A stretch of DNA of 64,000 nt from a virus: the IMG/VR virus record IMGVR_UViG_3300020442_000006, positions 1 through 64,000 of that record; one strand, written 5' to 3'. Both the position numbers and the translations under genes were made by a program. The first letter of the stretch is position 1. Each line of letters begins with the position of its first letter. Shown here piece by piece: positions 45,401 to 51,738 of this stretch. The notes under the pieces were generated by a model. The model was not told where the DNA came from and searched no databases. It saw only the letters and a program-made list of their open reading frames with translations.

Positions 45401-48209
45401 TCGAACCAAGTGATGCAACGTTTAGTTTGTCACCAGGAAGATAGTATGAACCATTATCAGACAGAACTGTAGATTCTGCATCAGCAATACCAAGAACACG
45501 CAACTTACACTCGTTTTCAGTGCCACGGTTGACATAAACGAAGATGTCAGAGAAAACTGTAGTACCTGCATCCCAATCTTCAACTACACCGTTCTTAGAA
45601 CGAGTACATTCGATGAACTGGTTCAGTGTTTTCTCTTTGTACTGTACAACCTCAGCGTCATCAATACGGATAGTACCGTTTCTTTCTGGCCAACCAATCG
45701 TAGAGTCAACTGTAATAATTGATTCAGAGGTAGAAAGTTCCTCAACCAGTGTGGTTTTGTAGGGAATTGTGAACGCACCTTGCAGAGTTTCTTCTGAAAT
45801 TGCAAGTTCATACACAGTACCAACACCAGTGTTGATGGCAATAACGTTCTCAATCAGTGCAGATGCACCTCTTACGTTAGTGTCAACGTCATCAATATAC
45901 TGAATCAACTGTGAATCAAGTAGATTCTCTGGAGAACCCTCCAAAAGATCTGCTCTAAGAACCGTATCTACGTTCCAAGTTGCAGCAGAAGGTTTGATAA
46001 TCTCATCCTTAGGATAAGAAACATCAACATTTTCGGAGTAAAGGATCTTAAAGAGGTACTGTGTGGAGATCTTCGTACCTTTAGATGCGTAAAAATCCGA
46101 AATAGTTTTAATAATTTGCGGAGCGTTGACTCTGTTATAGTCGATTTCCGCATTAGGTAGATATTGATTTACGAATCTTCTGTATAATTCTTTGGCAAAA
46201 AGATTATCAAGATTGTGAATTGTTGCTCCTACAGCGTGAGAAGACTGTACCAGACTGGATTCTCCACTGTAAACTTGATGACCTTTCTGGTCGTATGATG
46301 TAACACCAGATACTCCGCGCTTTACACCAACAAATGCTGAAGGTTGATAGTTTTGTCCCGCACTGTGGATTGTGAAACCTGTAATTTCTCCAAAACCAAC
46401 GTCACAAGACGCTTCTGGAACAGGAGGAGCAGCAATGAACACTTTAGGAGGTTCTGTGTCTGAGTATCCAGTACCAAAACTAGTGATATTGATGTCAGTG
46501 ATTTCACCGTTAAAGATGGTAGCAACAGCAGTTGCACCAGTACCACCAATAGGAACACCGTTAGTATCCTTTCTATTATCAACGATATACACAGATGGAG
46601 CATCTGTATAACCCTTACCACCAGTTAGTAGTTCAATATTAGTAACTCTACCACCAGTACAAGATACATCAAGGATCTGAGCACCAACAGGATCAATAAT
46701 TCTTGCCCTGATGTTACCTTCATATCCCTGACCTGCTGATATGATGTCAATTCTTGATACTCTACCGTCATCATCAAGGATTGCTTGAGCAGTTGCATTG
46801 ATAGCATTATCCCCTGTAGGAGGATCCATATACACCAAAGGTGCAGTTGTATAACCAGAACCAGAAGCGGTTACTTCGATTGATCCGATGACGATTGATC
46901 CGTTTTCAACTGTAGGATCTGAGCAAGTAGCACCACCAGGATTAACAAACTTAATTGAAGGAATGCGGTCATATCCACTTCCTGAAGAAGTAACACGCAG
47001 TTCCGATACACCTTCGAGTTCATCTGAGACAATAGCAGTAATTTGTGCTCTGGTTCCCTCTTCATCAGCAGGAGCATCCACAACCACGATAGGTGGGTTG
47101 TCAGAAGAGTAACCTTGTCCAGGGAATAGAAGTTGAGTATTCTTGATACCGTTTACAAGTGCTTCCGCTGTAGCACCTGAACCAGTACCCTTATTTGACT
47201 GGATAGTGATTCTAGGAGCAAAACTTACTCTGTAACCAGAACCACCATTTCTAACAAGGATGTCGTTAACAGCACCGCCATCGATTTGAGATACTGCTGA
47301 AGCACCTGAACCAAATTCAGGAGCAATGAGTTCAACAGAACGTACATCTATTGTAGCATTTTGTGATACATCCTGCTTGAAGATGAGTTTATCTTCAAAA
47401 ACTGTAAAGTCCTCAAAAGGTCTCTTCTCAACTCTGTTAACAACAACGATTGATGAAACAGTAGAAAGAGGACTGTATGGTTGAGTATTGAGTTTCAGTG
47501 AAAACTCTTTAGCATCATTAGCAACTGTAATAGTGTCCAGAGAACGAACTGGAACGCTTGTGTAACCGATAAGGTAGCGAATGGTATTGATTGCACCTGT
47601 CAACGCCCCTGTAGTCGGTTCTGGAGGGTTTACAAAGCGAATACGGTCACCTTCAACGAAGTAGTCCCTATCAGGGAACATAAAATCGTTATTTACAATC
47701 ACCAAAAGGTGATTAGAAGACTGAGGTGAAACAGGTCTACCTAACAGTCTTAAATTAAATTCTGTCTTTGAACTATCAAACTGAGTGTTAATAGGTTCAA
47801 ATTCTTGTACTTTTCTATCAAATTCTTGCTTATTAACCCCTGGAGTGAAAACAATGTCAGGAGAATGTGTTACAGACTCGTAATATAGAACCTCATTATC
47901 AATTTTTAGCGTACCATCTTTCTCTAAGAAGTAATTTACATTCTCAGCAACGATTTTATTTTGCGTCGGATCAACCGCCTCCAACACAGCAGACTCTGAT
48001 GACAAGAAGTTAGGGTTAAATTCCCCTGACCCAATGTCAACATATGCTAGTATATTGTTCAGGATGTCGTATGGACGCCCCGATTTCTCTTGTGACTTAT
48101 AGTATTCTGTCAGCAAGTTGACGAACTGGTCGTTATCCTCCTTGATAAACGCAGGAATCTGACTGTTCAGTCTCTGAGAGACCTTAATTGCTGTGTTATG
48201 TGCAACCAT
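27453..48209 (-). CDS. g7: giant gp7-like baseplate wedge protein (6918 aa), multidomain
   Basis: Follows g6; N-terminus VSQRLNSQIPAFIKED...LLTEYYKSQE; Y.SKGT....YLFKILY; IQDSYFYQNFSYVIKS; many GxGY repeats; YHYH-like, propeller-like, LamG-like, helical and Ig segments. The g7 name rests on synteny and motifs. Confidence 0.8.
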   Translation of the reverse strand: MVAHNTAIKVSQRLNSQIPAFIKEDNDQFVNLLTEYYKSQEKSGRPYDILNNILAYVDIGSGEFNPNFLSSESAVLEAVDPTQNKIVAENVNYFLEKDGTLKIDNEVLYYESVTHSPDIVFTPGVNKQEFDRKVQEFEPINTQFDSSKTEFNLRLLGRPVSPQSSNHLLVIVNNDFMFPDRDYFVEGDRIRFVNPPEPTTGALTGAINTIRYLIGYTSVPVRSLDTITVANDAKEFSLKLNTQPYSPLSTVSSIVVVNRVEKRPFEDFTVFEDKLIFKQDVSQNATIDVRSVELIAPEFGSGASAVSQIDGGAVNDILVRNGGSGYRVSFAPRITIQSNKGTGSGATAEALVNGIKNTQLLFPGQGYSSDNPPIVVVDAPADEEGTRAQITAIVSDELEGVSELRVTSSGSGYDRIPSIKFVNPGGATCSDPTVENGSIVIGSIEVTASGSGYTTAPLVYMDPPTGDNAINATAQAILDDDGRVSRIDIISAGQGYEGNIRARIIDPVGAQILDVSCTGGRVTNIELLTGGKGYTDAPSVYIVDNRKDTNGVPIGGTGATAVATIFNGEITDINITSFGTGYSDTEPPKVFIAAPPVPEASCDVGFGEITGFTIHSAGQNYQPSAFVGVKRGVSGVTSYDQKGHQVYSGESSLVQSSHAVGATIHNLDNLFAKELYRRFVNQYLPNAEIDYNRVNAPQIIKTISDFYASKGTKISTQYLFKILYSENVDVSYPKDEIIKPSAATWNVDTVLRADLLEGSPENLLDSQLIQYIDDVDTNVRGASALIENVIAINTGVGTVYELAISEETLQGAFTIPYKTTLVEELSTSESIITVDSTIGWPERNGTIRIDDAEVVQYKEKTLNQFIECTRSKNGVVEDWDAGTTVFSDIFVYVNRGTENECKLRVLGIADAESTVLSDNGSYYLPGDKLNVASLGSTSNDQRITSWLYNVKKLININEIVPGGLNNQTATVTCSNNHGLLVGDTVTIYGANPTVFNGTFLVTSRINNTQFEYNIPAPAPNAPQGNILLSVDLNKGKSPEEGISVAIRDFTTNVQNTFFNDQYAYIASSGIPNYQVGPFVGSALLPGNQRKLIRIPRVINTISRRTDTSFGPIGAWVNGVSTWSYKSETKIKFGGLTGITIDNPGQGYDAANPPIIEINGGGGSGAKASVVVNGALSEIEVSNGGTGYTSSPLVSIVGGGGFGATATAVITNGVVSKILVETPGQGYTSQPDVSISGGGGNGCLATAQVRGPIQSVNVDQTGAAYTSSPDIKLNSGEGAVAQPIIINGRIVSIAIIAAGRGYTTAPEIVINGDGYGAIARATIGAVGEDRGKVIGVTVVNRGVGYSTGNTTVRLDAVGEMAEFTATVFEWTRNLQDELGQNFDTARGYVFAGYNTQYGGEYAHLSDPKQLRYVLGDNVFKNQSTQQLQELTTGYQHSPILGWAFDGNPIYGPYGYIDATDQSSGIRRIRSSYRIKPALIYDAATNLNPVRADGPLLTDYIAGSFIDDFEYVFQEGDLDQYNGRFCKTPEFPEGVYAYFVSIDASDAGNPVFPYICGPQLYSSPDEWNFSQDAVQTNIPSNVVRFRDPYEDVDIDIDRTPNQATDTLVTELGEDLIFEIEDTNRDGLINNDESTTPIQITEEPVLQLFDYYPKVSTRSVVDIDIETTTKFEDAKVDGFVVENPGVSYKVNDKLFFDNEGTDGFGASAKVEAVKGLDIAGYTSYMQNDLPYGRITTANEHELRIDDQIIVTSTPILDDTNKTFKVKVISGVERVTIDQEGLGYSEDIPPSYEVITNSGQDFNININRDEGGAVRTVDIINSGSGYDENNPPQIRVSHPQRFKKASYFLSLLTEAGSTVTINDIKVADDRTFYVCGQTTVVDGNTAGVLAKFNSDGRMLWKRTLIPTVPSNADKSLSWKALHIENSNPHNIYVIGETVPNVGNLTHNPDIVVAKYQSGFDIANNPDGIIQWQRDIAGISGSTRRDYATDIRLDQDGRVMIAGYTDSNSTAPDDMWVGLLDLDGSMMEKRKIASAAGSEHLHQIQWRTDDTFLFCGISDPAGDANIVIGETYYDTATIEVQWSKQIESGAYQFADPTFTIDEYGSVYVTATAIDTNGKNYGVLYAKFDNQDYTAVSLAKMYVPTGTYTSIKNAGVSFDVFGNIDISAVVERDFNAVQSITAKISWNSGNVLSAAEVTETNGIGYHPTCVANDNSGDTIVAGNKVEADQLAIFNWNTADNLFDETYNDILRTGSNKQWAASGNAIIDNTKFYNGASSVKLDAPNSMLLQYSTTTDVSIEWTMEGWFALGNTQYSAQASKPEFFGVVSQLTQEVKVGVDGTSSSPNFGKIFLDLNGSVSYSTGTTFWTAFNSEAWVHIAISKERPGVGSYIYRIYVNGVEAHSVNSSTVDVNLMQATLGPISTPSSTNNWIGWIDNFVLTPSAKYTDAFTAGLITGTNSVSKAFIYKIDKDKTKLGTFTLDDVEAGHTLNVAAGSNYTFNTQSVAVNPWIMGPAGIQILDYSDVISTHIPGVYTITSTDEAYASRTATIPTQGGKKLLLTTKVIPKFYIRDARYSSIDLVKTITFNQNATFTKGSVLQQYSVIGGNDVVSAYGTVVESGTNSCKIGKIIGSFDTSKLLKSTAGDINEMDKEFTVDTTVPVWQQNQNYAVGDVVYSNGKIYTSGTAATAGPLAPEHTSGTVSDGNINWAFTSVAGIFSVDLANSVHGSGTLAQFASWKPFNASDYTIRIQQIYADSTFIKGDTIDADAVNLTFDVDATGKIATFGGLVGVKQFNLQAKLNKDVVPSQALTNTDLVYCSATSRHNFSANDIIFTERFSTNEYNGSFFVQEVFTSRDFTYKLRSTAVQDPTFSGQGSSVSNINIYAKHPKFLFVRGHQYIFDLDDSSNLGYFLSFSKDNQYKLEYPFINIIREGTPGFTDDDSPTPLVKFIINDDVTNISYYFDPSRTTPDNSPVGEGSFIDVIQSPYQGTFTVNRVSNDGLEFDFPLLVEPEKSNAPVGNNEFGNPRSLYSTTSLKAIGPIATIKLVNPGGFYQKLPIVTDIASNREIEKVRILNGGTEYVNGVYYNVPIGGDGEGASCNITVTDDGDFEGVITDVVLTSAGKGYTTASIDVDAIPGILGPLLAGSGAQLDVVIPSEGSGASVFLQGKSIGRIKKLKNNEFGFGYSHDYTLRPEITFPVNLQLFNTAILSEIKITDPGSGYTSTPAVVIEGGGGSGANAEAVVKNNRLSEVIIKDPGAGYSSEPSVTLKSEFNYVVNIDLGYLQFNFPHGITTGAEIQLRAEDLGSTVGILPKPSSAGLVSLSSSQTYYAIAGEANGLESDQLRISLTKLDAESGSYITFLTQGEGRQILLTEVFGGQATAIVETSRFLEGELVYQGSSLELASATGYVSTNQGWQIGPRILKLENYKGVWTPGERVTGEVSRASGLIDNLSIARGTLNIDSLTNTPGQFIDDVGKPSEIVQKIQDSYFYQNFSYVIKSETPINQWRKPVLETNHPVGFNLFGELAITGGKDISGRKVVSDLIKEVNINAFTNINQITSFANAQPIYTQFNNTEVLFRQKRLTNSEEILTSIVKKIDNVSDDFDGVRTQFPLNVEGSSITATEDQMFVLLNGVAQSPGDSFSTSGPSIVFSEPPKAPSRIKFRNIDFTQLQITRLTFSVIGGIFPLTGNRVRGLVSEATAVVIDSGTDYIDVIDIEGTFQSGESVLSSATGFNSTLDTVNPVSSKTIFEQGERITNLDGKFAIIEENNLDDGTINTSLVVSRTSGTAKFETGEFEIKFNDVIYSARSKIAATVSAISPYQDEVSEQIIDTVDLSPSSSFFALVFQRVPSITYPNVILDDIGETVINPTELYDSESPNNQDFLDFESVRNQEIRYDGLVGTDFAPGTNIRLKKIYFGNSSIRTVPDTRANNAAEALVKNAKFIAEEAVGKMLDFYPSFTVPTGKVNCEDDIVDMLNLIAWQLEHDGNSEVWDAANFYVQNNTIYHVNGQVPQTVYAMNQARDLANKCINMVNITTEFTTLSQWKDLTITPEYEVVSNSHGDARTLLLANKWFIAYESLHYAKTQNPGYNVSGGDEHCLSDIVDVVEALAYNVAHGGNDFIWEATDRILHYGVTSGDRDTIVNSFTKAKAMSLDIMRNIAVTKAGSHDWNQVTISITADTASPTCQAVAASITTLMDILINALGTTASPGTREAFQAAVTQTAPQADYSQGRTTIPNENACVAQTSAVANFFRIITDTLQDPTGADPTTYQWSISNVPRIAPAYTFEEGETIRSIKHSYKDKSSGGFFNFGQTLKGVSSGAVAEIIGTNAGSKWVYTKGVTGSFTDAEYVTNSTITYNNVTVDKLNPGTGTGSLEFSGTSSRINHASNAAFAFGVNDYTVEMWIYPTTVSGTQRLVDFRTASSSNAASVFLQGTSLKFGIATTDHITAAGAIPTANQWYHIAVSRASNVTKMFVNGQPVGSDYTDASDYGNSPIAVGASWNNGETFTGNIDNFIVRKGTASYSSGFIPPTVYDFRALDVSFGFNGEAPFPVELAAVYATYQQTIISSANADGVELWREEIMTEEIDVSRDIYRDCADIIEKNRYWIAEEAVGRMKEKYPAFLIPGDTGTSTQGTDKCIRDTHSFIIPAIVNDLKLGGNFNTIVAGRGYLEGSGALKHVNGELLQSIYTWREVAKLCIDIITKNEDDLTGEYTQRVRIPNYFSTPAPTVIQTFIMDLVDDMLDVMAPTGHRFRDGADLLYFNRAVIADEAVSMMEAEWDVMINFIQQDKIDIPSRAKCVRDIRDHIVPAVAGDLLTGGNSNIQGMIDSYLDSQSNINYIEDELLAMLDALEHVKFLSSKALQNLLVGRNENIANIAGTTPNTVDDFYQLQYSDLSAYRKEYDPAVNYDLTDSVITESTFYPPDPKIFQGTHRALDSANIIERNARTIAAEAVDIVTKTSAFKHYNFRVPGGKVHCEDDIVDFINSVAHDLRFSSNSEVYDAAALYLNTDMGLKHVTGQSQETIYAYKMARDMSILAIRNKLGFTPFEDNTAGGGGGQGGNAIGGGVPRGDYDNNATTNKDYDAGNEILNNLRFIASTAVGRGYAQYPNLTFGGYGYQSCIDDVIDILEAMAWNLKHGGNNKVWYATEFYITDANAIQHINSQSTEVKYIFEQARDIAIQVMRQQLVSVNGYTEGYAQYDTGITIDSSSSQTGQLTPTNATYNPATGDLTLTKTGHGLVTGDAVQIATYGLKFTCDFDSNQTEHTYPRPLDPSNGALLPVTGSTSSTFTVNVGTTTNVNYDVTNAIYNETTGDMFLDIGSNTLDVGRHVKLPDNAITFTCTKDGNATNHSYPRSTDYASGRSLTVLEIGDSEFTATGAAYVPSTGVLTLTVPNHGFSNGDNVQIVNNSLNFTCDMDNNYTVHSYPRVSDPAANKYLPVGNVTTNTFTVNVGTTGTVNFTPSNVAYNPITGNMVLTLGQGHGLVTGSHLKIQPNSLTFTCEEDDNQTNHSYPRTTTTTHTVTGAEYNGTTGIMTLTIPQHGFSNGDQIKIADNSLTFRCAEDNYQSDHTYPRSSDPASNSWLEISNVTANTFKVQVLLSDGIPSTNVTAHNFISATSSGVTWKKDRAYDVPLEVTAATATTVTVNVLASGRTPSTNTTTHTFVSATTNAISAGGNYTHTFTSAVANGIRFKNGRIKVNVNPSPSSEQYPHTFVSAVSNAVQGGGNYNHTFVSSTTNSISWITGGGGATRCASQASAITTLMGITIDLFNTGTSNPQNYIDGIARTLPGEWPLTGERAAVRDLTITYDQAGQGACNVESSTISSLFDIVIGVVKDAAAGNGSYFTNQGITRNTPVQNNTLLFGGGVCYNVTSAANVLFDLLEDTLGSAPEMYRQATRLIAINDQYINREAYYKTMNQYAGYTGDQSFGDSIRKAYIYDMLTDGNAMTVQLINSWFDAEGNFVAFPNIFRTYLIFHAEATTDMITHILSGTAPEPGTYNFESLYKDREMRPTMTAVHKIQQLWHLVYTALAESKLPTVYLKQAIDVGVDVNSDGSIHKPNHPFEAYDRVNYTVLGTNIVELDRASYYIHPDTTSTHIYLAEYIDGHKLTSLTPGLPGEIHTFSVARETGVTRIPTTYGDRVIPTPTSGGIEPADIFYGTTSGAYAEVIRVQDNLAAVNYKVKYLPITVTSAPEVFANGEDIVKTGATGNAGKIIATDNATYIKVQMTSGSFAATDNIEGVTSGATATVNTGMHDRLLVNFKQGEFIATDILYSKEDSGKANALIVRNNDGALVDNQSGRITYDIETVKGEFAPNDVIYGSVTDQIIEVESFSVLPGFGEYIHSTEITKFTYAGLITDTGVTDTFEVGDVLQLQNSGQSVGHTFVVTEHDIQNNEIYLANETGRFVSIGDNLSVIANDSAYQLAKIPPGSNFPSVYTSGITLVTQTPTTAYGKIEKIQQIGLRLIIHLGDTSGTFVKNAQIVGDFGFRAACSVAKTLRGRVKRFFRGFDGVQQNFKLTTGNGTAYFPDPAGHMMIFVNGILQPPGGNNAYTAFSDNIQFTEAPAVGSTFHGVYVGKLRQLDDISFDFDSLRNSFNLKLGGVFYSLTLTDGVQSNTILPENNIICQLNGVIQEPGIGFEIVGSRIIFSEVPRAGSTFVAFSYIGSDVDVIAATVVPPVEAGDILQIEGEDESREVALIESSNSLITFEYSGAVKGRNGSALATIEKGRVTEAILTNSGDGYDSRPNVDVISSSGFGARIKALVGLARIDVKNAGQGYVQPKINVNTTVPDNFFAPSGVGVNGGIDIYDPNYVPPGESQAQGEQAIVIESQPVNTTVNQGQVASFTVIASTVPVGGTIAYQWQKKNYGESDWNNINGATSPSYTTPVTTQADGGDEFRCGLTAAGATPTLSNSAVLTINIGSTTLDNFSPDQIFDDN

Positions 48210-48227
48210 CTTTTAAGTACGGCGGTC

Positions 48228-50315
48228 TTAGAAACAGGAGTTGAACTCAGGAAGTTCAAACACTGTGCTTGGATAATCAATGATATTTAGTGCGGTTCCG
48301 TCAAAGTTGATTGCAGTAAAGTCGAACGGATCGAATGCGCCAATATTGCTGCCATCAATAGTGTAATCAATGGTTGTTACAATCGGGTTAAAGATTGTTG
48401 GGTCAACACCAGAACCAATGTTGATATTTGGTGATTTAGGAATCACTGTTACAGGGATACGGTTTGTTCCATCAGGTGTAGAATCTACATCCACAGGACC
48501 AACACAAACCTGTCCAGACTTGTAATCTACAGTACCGACTGAAGATTTAAGGGTAACTTCCTTCTCATCCTGCTTTGTCACCATAATAAGGTTTCCATAA
48601 CCATCATCACGGATATTTACAGGGAGAAGTGCTGATGTGTCATTATCAATGAATGATGTAGCAGAAATAGAGTTAGATGATGTACCTTGAATGGCAAGAA
48701 GGTTTTCTGTGTAACCAGTAGCATAGAATGTACCAGTCTTCACACTTGAATACTTCGGTAAACATTGTCCATCTCCACCAGAACCGTCTCCACTTCCTTT
48801 TGCACCACCAGAGAGATCATTAGGATTCTCGATCTCATTTTCAAAGTCAACACACTTGGAGAAGGTTTGACCGAACTCAAATCCTTCAATATTCATACCA
48901 AGGGTCATATGAGTGACATTACCGCTAATAGCAGGATCTGAATCGTCAATCATTCTCTGATATGCAGAGATGTCAATTCTACCGCTGAATCTAGACGCAG
49001 AACCTTGATTATTGTACTGATCAATGGATCCAAGGATAGTTGTCGCAATTTCGTTATTTGATAGTGAAGTTTTAGTACCATCAAAGAATGCCCAAGTCTT
49101 AGGTCTGATATAAAGTGAAATAGGATCAATAATTACTGGTTCGATAGCAGCAATCGCATATTTCTGCAAATTATTCTTAATACGCTTCTTAGTTGTAGTA
49201 TTCAGCGTAGCACCAGACTTAGTACGGATAGCAACGTACACCTTTCCGTAAACTGGGGGATTTAGACGCTCTCCACCATATGCAGTTACAGATCTTGCTT
49301 GAGGATACACCTTTTTAGTGATGTACTCGTAATCTGACTCAGTAACCGCTCTGTTCTGACTGTTAAACGCCCTAGGAGCGTTATATTTGATGCTCAGGGT
49401 AGTCTCTAGGTTCTCACCGTCTTGTGACCCGTCTATGGTCGCTAGAGAGACACTGGCATTGTTGATGAAACGGTTCTCACTGTCAACAACTCTACCAATG
49501 AAGTTAAATCTCTTACATCCATTTGCATCAGGACCATCTGTACGAACATACTTCAAACGGATGACCTCACCAGAGATCAACCTACGACAAATAACGCCAT
49601 CACCAAAAATGACGTTATAACGTAGATCATCAGTCTCTTCTAGGAAGTAACCACGAGTTGTACCGTCTACATCAACAATATTCTGTACAAGGTTGTAAGT
49701 ATCGATTTCTGTTGACTGTGCATTAGGAGAAATGGACACTGATAGCAGCGTAGTGTCTACATTCTCTGCAGGAATTAAGTATTCTCTCTTGTTAACGTCA
49801 TCAACTGTGTAAGTGTACTCAAGAGTGTTGCCCTGATAGATGATAATCTTATCAAACGTCGCAACACCATCAGATTGATTAACAGTTGCTCTGATCTCGT
49901 TAGGGAGAGTGAACGTGAATGGTTCACCATTAGTAGTAGAAACAAAAACATCTCCCGCTTGGAGAGTGACTTGTGTTGGGAACGATACACCATCACCTAG
50001 GTATGCTGTCTGCACACTGAATCTAACACACGCTTTGGACGCTTTGATAGATCTAGGAGTGTAATTAAGTTGCTTGGCAATCTTTACAACGTTGTCTCTA
50101 ACGGTTGCAGATTCCAAGAATGCCTCGTTCATCGCCATATTAGCGTTGAAGGCAGCATAGTATGTGTTATATGACAGAACGTCCAAAAGATATGACGCAG
50201 CACTACCATCAAAGTCATAGTCCGTGAACTCGTCTCTCGTTCGCAGATATGATCTGATAGATTCTCTGATTTCAGTAAAATCTAGGGATGTTAAATTTGA
50301 GGGAATTGCTGCCAT
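48228..50315 (-). CDS. g6: baseplate wedge subunit gp6
   Basis: LTSLDFTEIRESIRSYL, FTDYDFDGSAASYLLDVLSYNTYY, SATVRDNVV.IAK.LNYTPRS, QNRAVTESDYE. Confidence 0.95.
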   Translation of the reverse strand: MAAIPSNLTSLDFTEIRESIRSYLRTRDEFTDYDFDGSAASYLLDVLSYNTYYAAFNANMAMNEAFLESATVRDNVVKIAKQLNYTPRSIKASKACVRFSVQTAYLGDGVSFPTQVTLQAGDVFVSTTNGEPFTFTLPNEIRATVNQSDGVATFDKIIIYQGNTLEYTYTVDDVNKREYLIPAENVDTTLLSVSISPNAQSTEIDTYNLVQNIVDVDGTTRGYFLEETDDLRYNVIFGDGVICRRLISGEVIRLKYVRTDGPDANGCKRFNFIGRVVDSENRFINNASVSLATIDGSQDGENLETTLSIKYNAPRAFNSQNRAVTESDYEYITKKVYPQARSVTAYGGERLNPPVYGKVYVAIRTKSGATLNTTTKKRIKNNLQKYAIAAIEPVIIDPISLYIRPKTWAFFDGTKTSLSNNEIATTILGSIDQYNNQGSASRFSGRIDISAYQRMIDDSDPAISGNVTHMTLGMNIEGFEFGQTFSKCVDFENEIENPNDLSGGAKGSGDGSGGDGQCLPKYSSVKTGTFYATGYTENLLAIQGTSSNSISATSFIDNDTSALLPVNIRDDGYGNLIMVTKQDEKEVTLKSSVGTVDYKSGQVCVGPVDVDSTPDGTNRIPVTVIPKSPNINIGSGVDPTIFNPIVTTIDYTIDGSNIGAFDPFDFTAINFDGTALNIIDYPSTVFELPEFNSCF

Positions 50316-50318
50316 TTT

Positions 50319-50726
50319 TTACGCCTTCTCTAGGAGGAAGTCTACAGTGTAAACAAGTTGTTCACCGATGATTGTGTAATCAATCTCCACTGCTAGTTCG
50401 TTAGTGTCATCCACATTGCAACGAACATCATTAACTGTCACCCTAGGTTCTAGACGTTTCAGTGTATTCCTGATTTCGTCAGTCAAACCCTCAATCATAA
50501 AGACATCGAAGTTTTCAAATAACATCGATTTGACACGAGAACCTGTTTTTGGTTGAAATGGTCTTTCACCAAATTGTGTCAACAACAGGTTCTTCATTGC
50601 CTGCTTGATTGCGTTTTCGTTTTTTACAATAGAAAAATCTTCAGTATTAGGATTTGCTTTCATCCCAATACTGAAGTCTCTAAACTGCCTGCTTAGATTT
50701 TTCTCTGCTCTGAACCTGTACGCCAC
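50319..50726 (-). CDS. g25: baseplate wedge subunit gp25 (GTG start)
   Basis: NENAIKQAMKNLLLTQFGERPFQPKTGS...LFENFD, LEPRV. Confidence 0.93.
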   Translation of the reverse strand: MAYRFRAEKNLSRQFRDFSIGMKANPNTEDFSIVKNENAIKQAMKNLLLTQFGERPFQPKTGSRVKSMLFENFDVFMIEGLTDEIRNTLKRLEPRVTVNDVRCNVDDTNELAVEIDYTIIGEQLVYTVDFLLEKA

Positions 50727-50823
50727 GATCTGATACTTGTTTTAAGTATTTATCAGCTCTAGGATCAGTTATTAGTCTCATACCAGATTGAATGAACCAA
50801 TCTGCTTGATCAACCTTAATCAT
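50680..50823 (-). CDS. small hypothetical protein (47 aa, not in ORF track)
   Basis: MIKVDQADWFIQSGMRLITDPRADKYLKQ...; GGAG Shine-Dalgarno upstream; 3' end overlaps the g25 start. Confidence 0.55.
   Translation of the reverse strand: MIKVDQADWFIQSGMRLITDPRADKYLKQVSDRGVQVQSREKSKQAV
50747..50754 (-). promoter_or_regulatory. T4-type late promoter (GATAAATA)
   Basis: NATAAATA 21 nt upstream of the g25 start. Confidence 0.7.
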
Positions 50824-50879
50824 AATTGTTCTCCGTTGTTAATGAAGAACTTTTATAGTGGTTCCTATCACTAATGATT

Positions 50880-51038
50880 TTATTTAGATAGTTTCCACGT
50901 GGGAGGATGAAAAGCACAATATTCATTAAATGTGATCTTCATCTCTTTGTTAGTAAGACCGCAATGCTCTGCTGCTTTAGGAAGATTCCATTTAGCACCC
51001 CAGAGCATTTCCATCGCTTCGCGAGTCTCGGGTCTCAC
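50880..51038 (-). CDS. small HTH-like protein (52 aa, GTG start, not in ORF track)
   Basis: MRPETREAMEMLWGAKWNLPKAAEHCGLTNKEMKITFNEYC...; GTGA overlap with the upstream stop; AA..CGL pattern resembles an HTH turn. Confidence 0.6.
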   Translation of the reverse strand: MRPETREAMEMLWGAKWNLPKAAEHCGLTNKEMKITFNEYCAFHPPTWKLSK

Positions 51039-51181
51039 TTACCCTGACCCCTGTACTTCTTCCTTGCCTTATTACGGGAAGTTGCTGAATATTTGGTGTT
51101 TTTACCGTTACCCTGACGAGTGCTCTTAGGGTTTGATTCAATAAAGACGCCTCCAGAGAGACCTACTTTTGCTCGTGCCAT
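51035..51181 (-). CDS. small very basic protein (48 aa, not in ORF track)
   Basis: MARAKVGLSGGVFIESNPKSTRQGNGKNTKYSATSRNKARKKYRGQGK. Confidence 0.7.
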   Translation of the reverse strand: MARAKVGLSGGVFIESNPKSTRQGNGKNTKYSATSRNKARKKYRGQGK

Positions 51182-51216
51182 AATTGTTGTGTGACTACCG
51201 TAGAATTATAACACAT

Positions 51217-51738
51217 TTATCCCGCTAGGACATTAGGAGATCCATAAGCGATCTTAGAAGAGCACGGGTACCCCTTCGGACCTAGTGAATCACCCAATCT
51301 ACCTATCGGTATCTTGAACGCCCTTACAGACTGATATAGACCCGTTGAGAGAACTCTAGGGTGACCACCTGATATATCCTCAGCAGTCAGAAGTGAACAG
51401 ACTGTTGGAGTCGGAACAATACAAGTTGCTTTACCGCAAGGACACAAATAGTTAATAATATTGGTTGTTGGTGACAAATGAGGTGTAAATGCATCACCAT
51501 TGATCATAATTGGCAGACCATTGACCACTACCATTGCCCTAGCAGGGTTAAGAGCAGTCAAAGGCACCAAAGGAGTAGGTGGCCACAAGCAAGTTTTGTT
51601 CTTCATCACGATTCCTAACCTAATAGGAGGTGTTTTACACGCTTGTGTAGAGTGAATTGTAGAAGGAATCGGAATACCGTGTCCTGTACAGGGTAAACCG
51701 TTATGATTCGCTACTGGTTTGTTTAATCCTAGTGCCAT
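51217..51738 (-). CDS. PAAR-like spike tip protein (gp5.4-like)
   Basis: CTGHG, NGLPI..NGDAFTPH, GHPRV, IPIGRLGD...C...IAYGSPNV, with Cys/His metal ligands. Confidence 0.75.
   Translation of the reverse strand: MALGLNKPVANHNGLPCTGHGIPIPSTIHSTQACKTPPIRLGIVMKNKTCLWPPTPLVPLTALNPARAMVVVNGLPIMINGDAFTPHLSPTTNIINYLCPCGKATCIVPTPTVCSLLTAEDISGGHPRVLSTGLYQSVRAFKIPIGRLGDSLGPKGYPCSSKIAYGSPNVLAG

Noticed and set aside
27453-48209. Intein, intron or frameshift explaining the 20.7-kb ORF
   Set aside because: The frame is continuously open, with no C/S...HN-C/S/T intein ends or LAGLIDADG motif noticed; modular repeats account for the length.
6978-49996. Short alternative-frame minus-strand ORFs nested in structural genes (e.g. 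27449-27664, 39095-39562, 43070-43615)
   Set aside because: Leu/Val-rich translations typical of off-frame reading of T-ending codons; no independent start signals.
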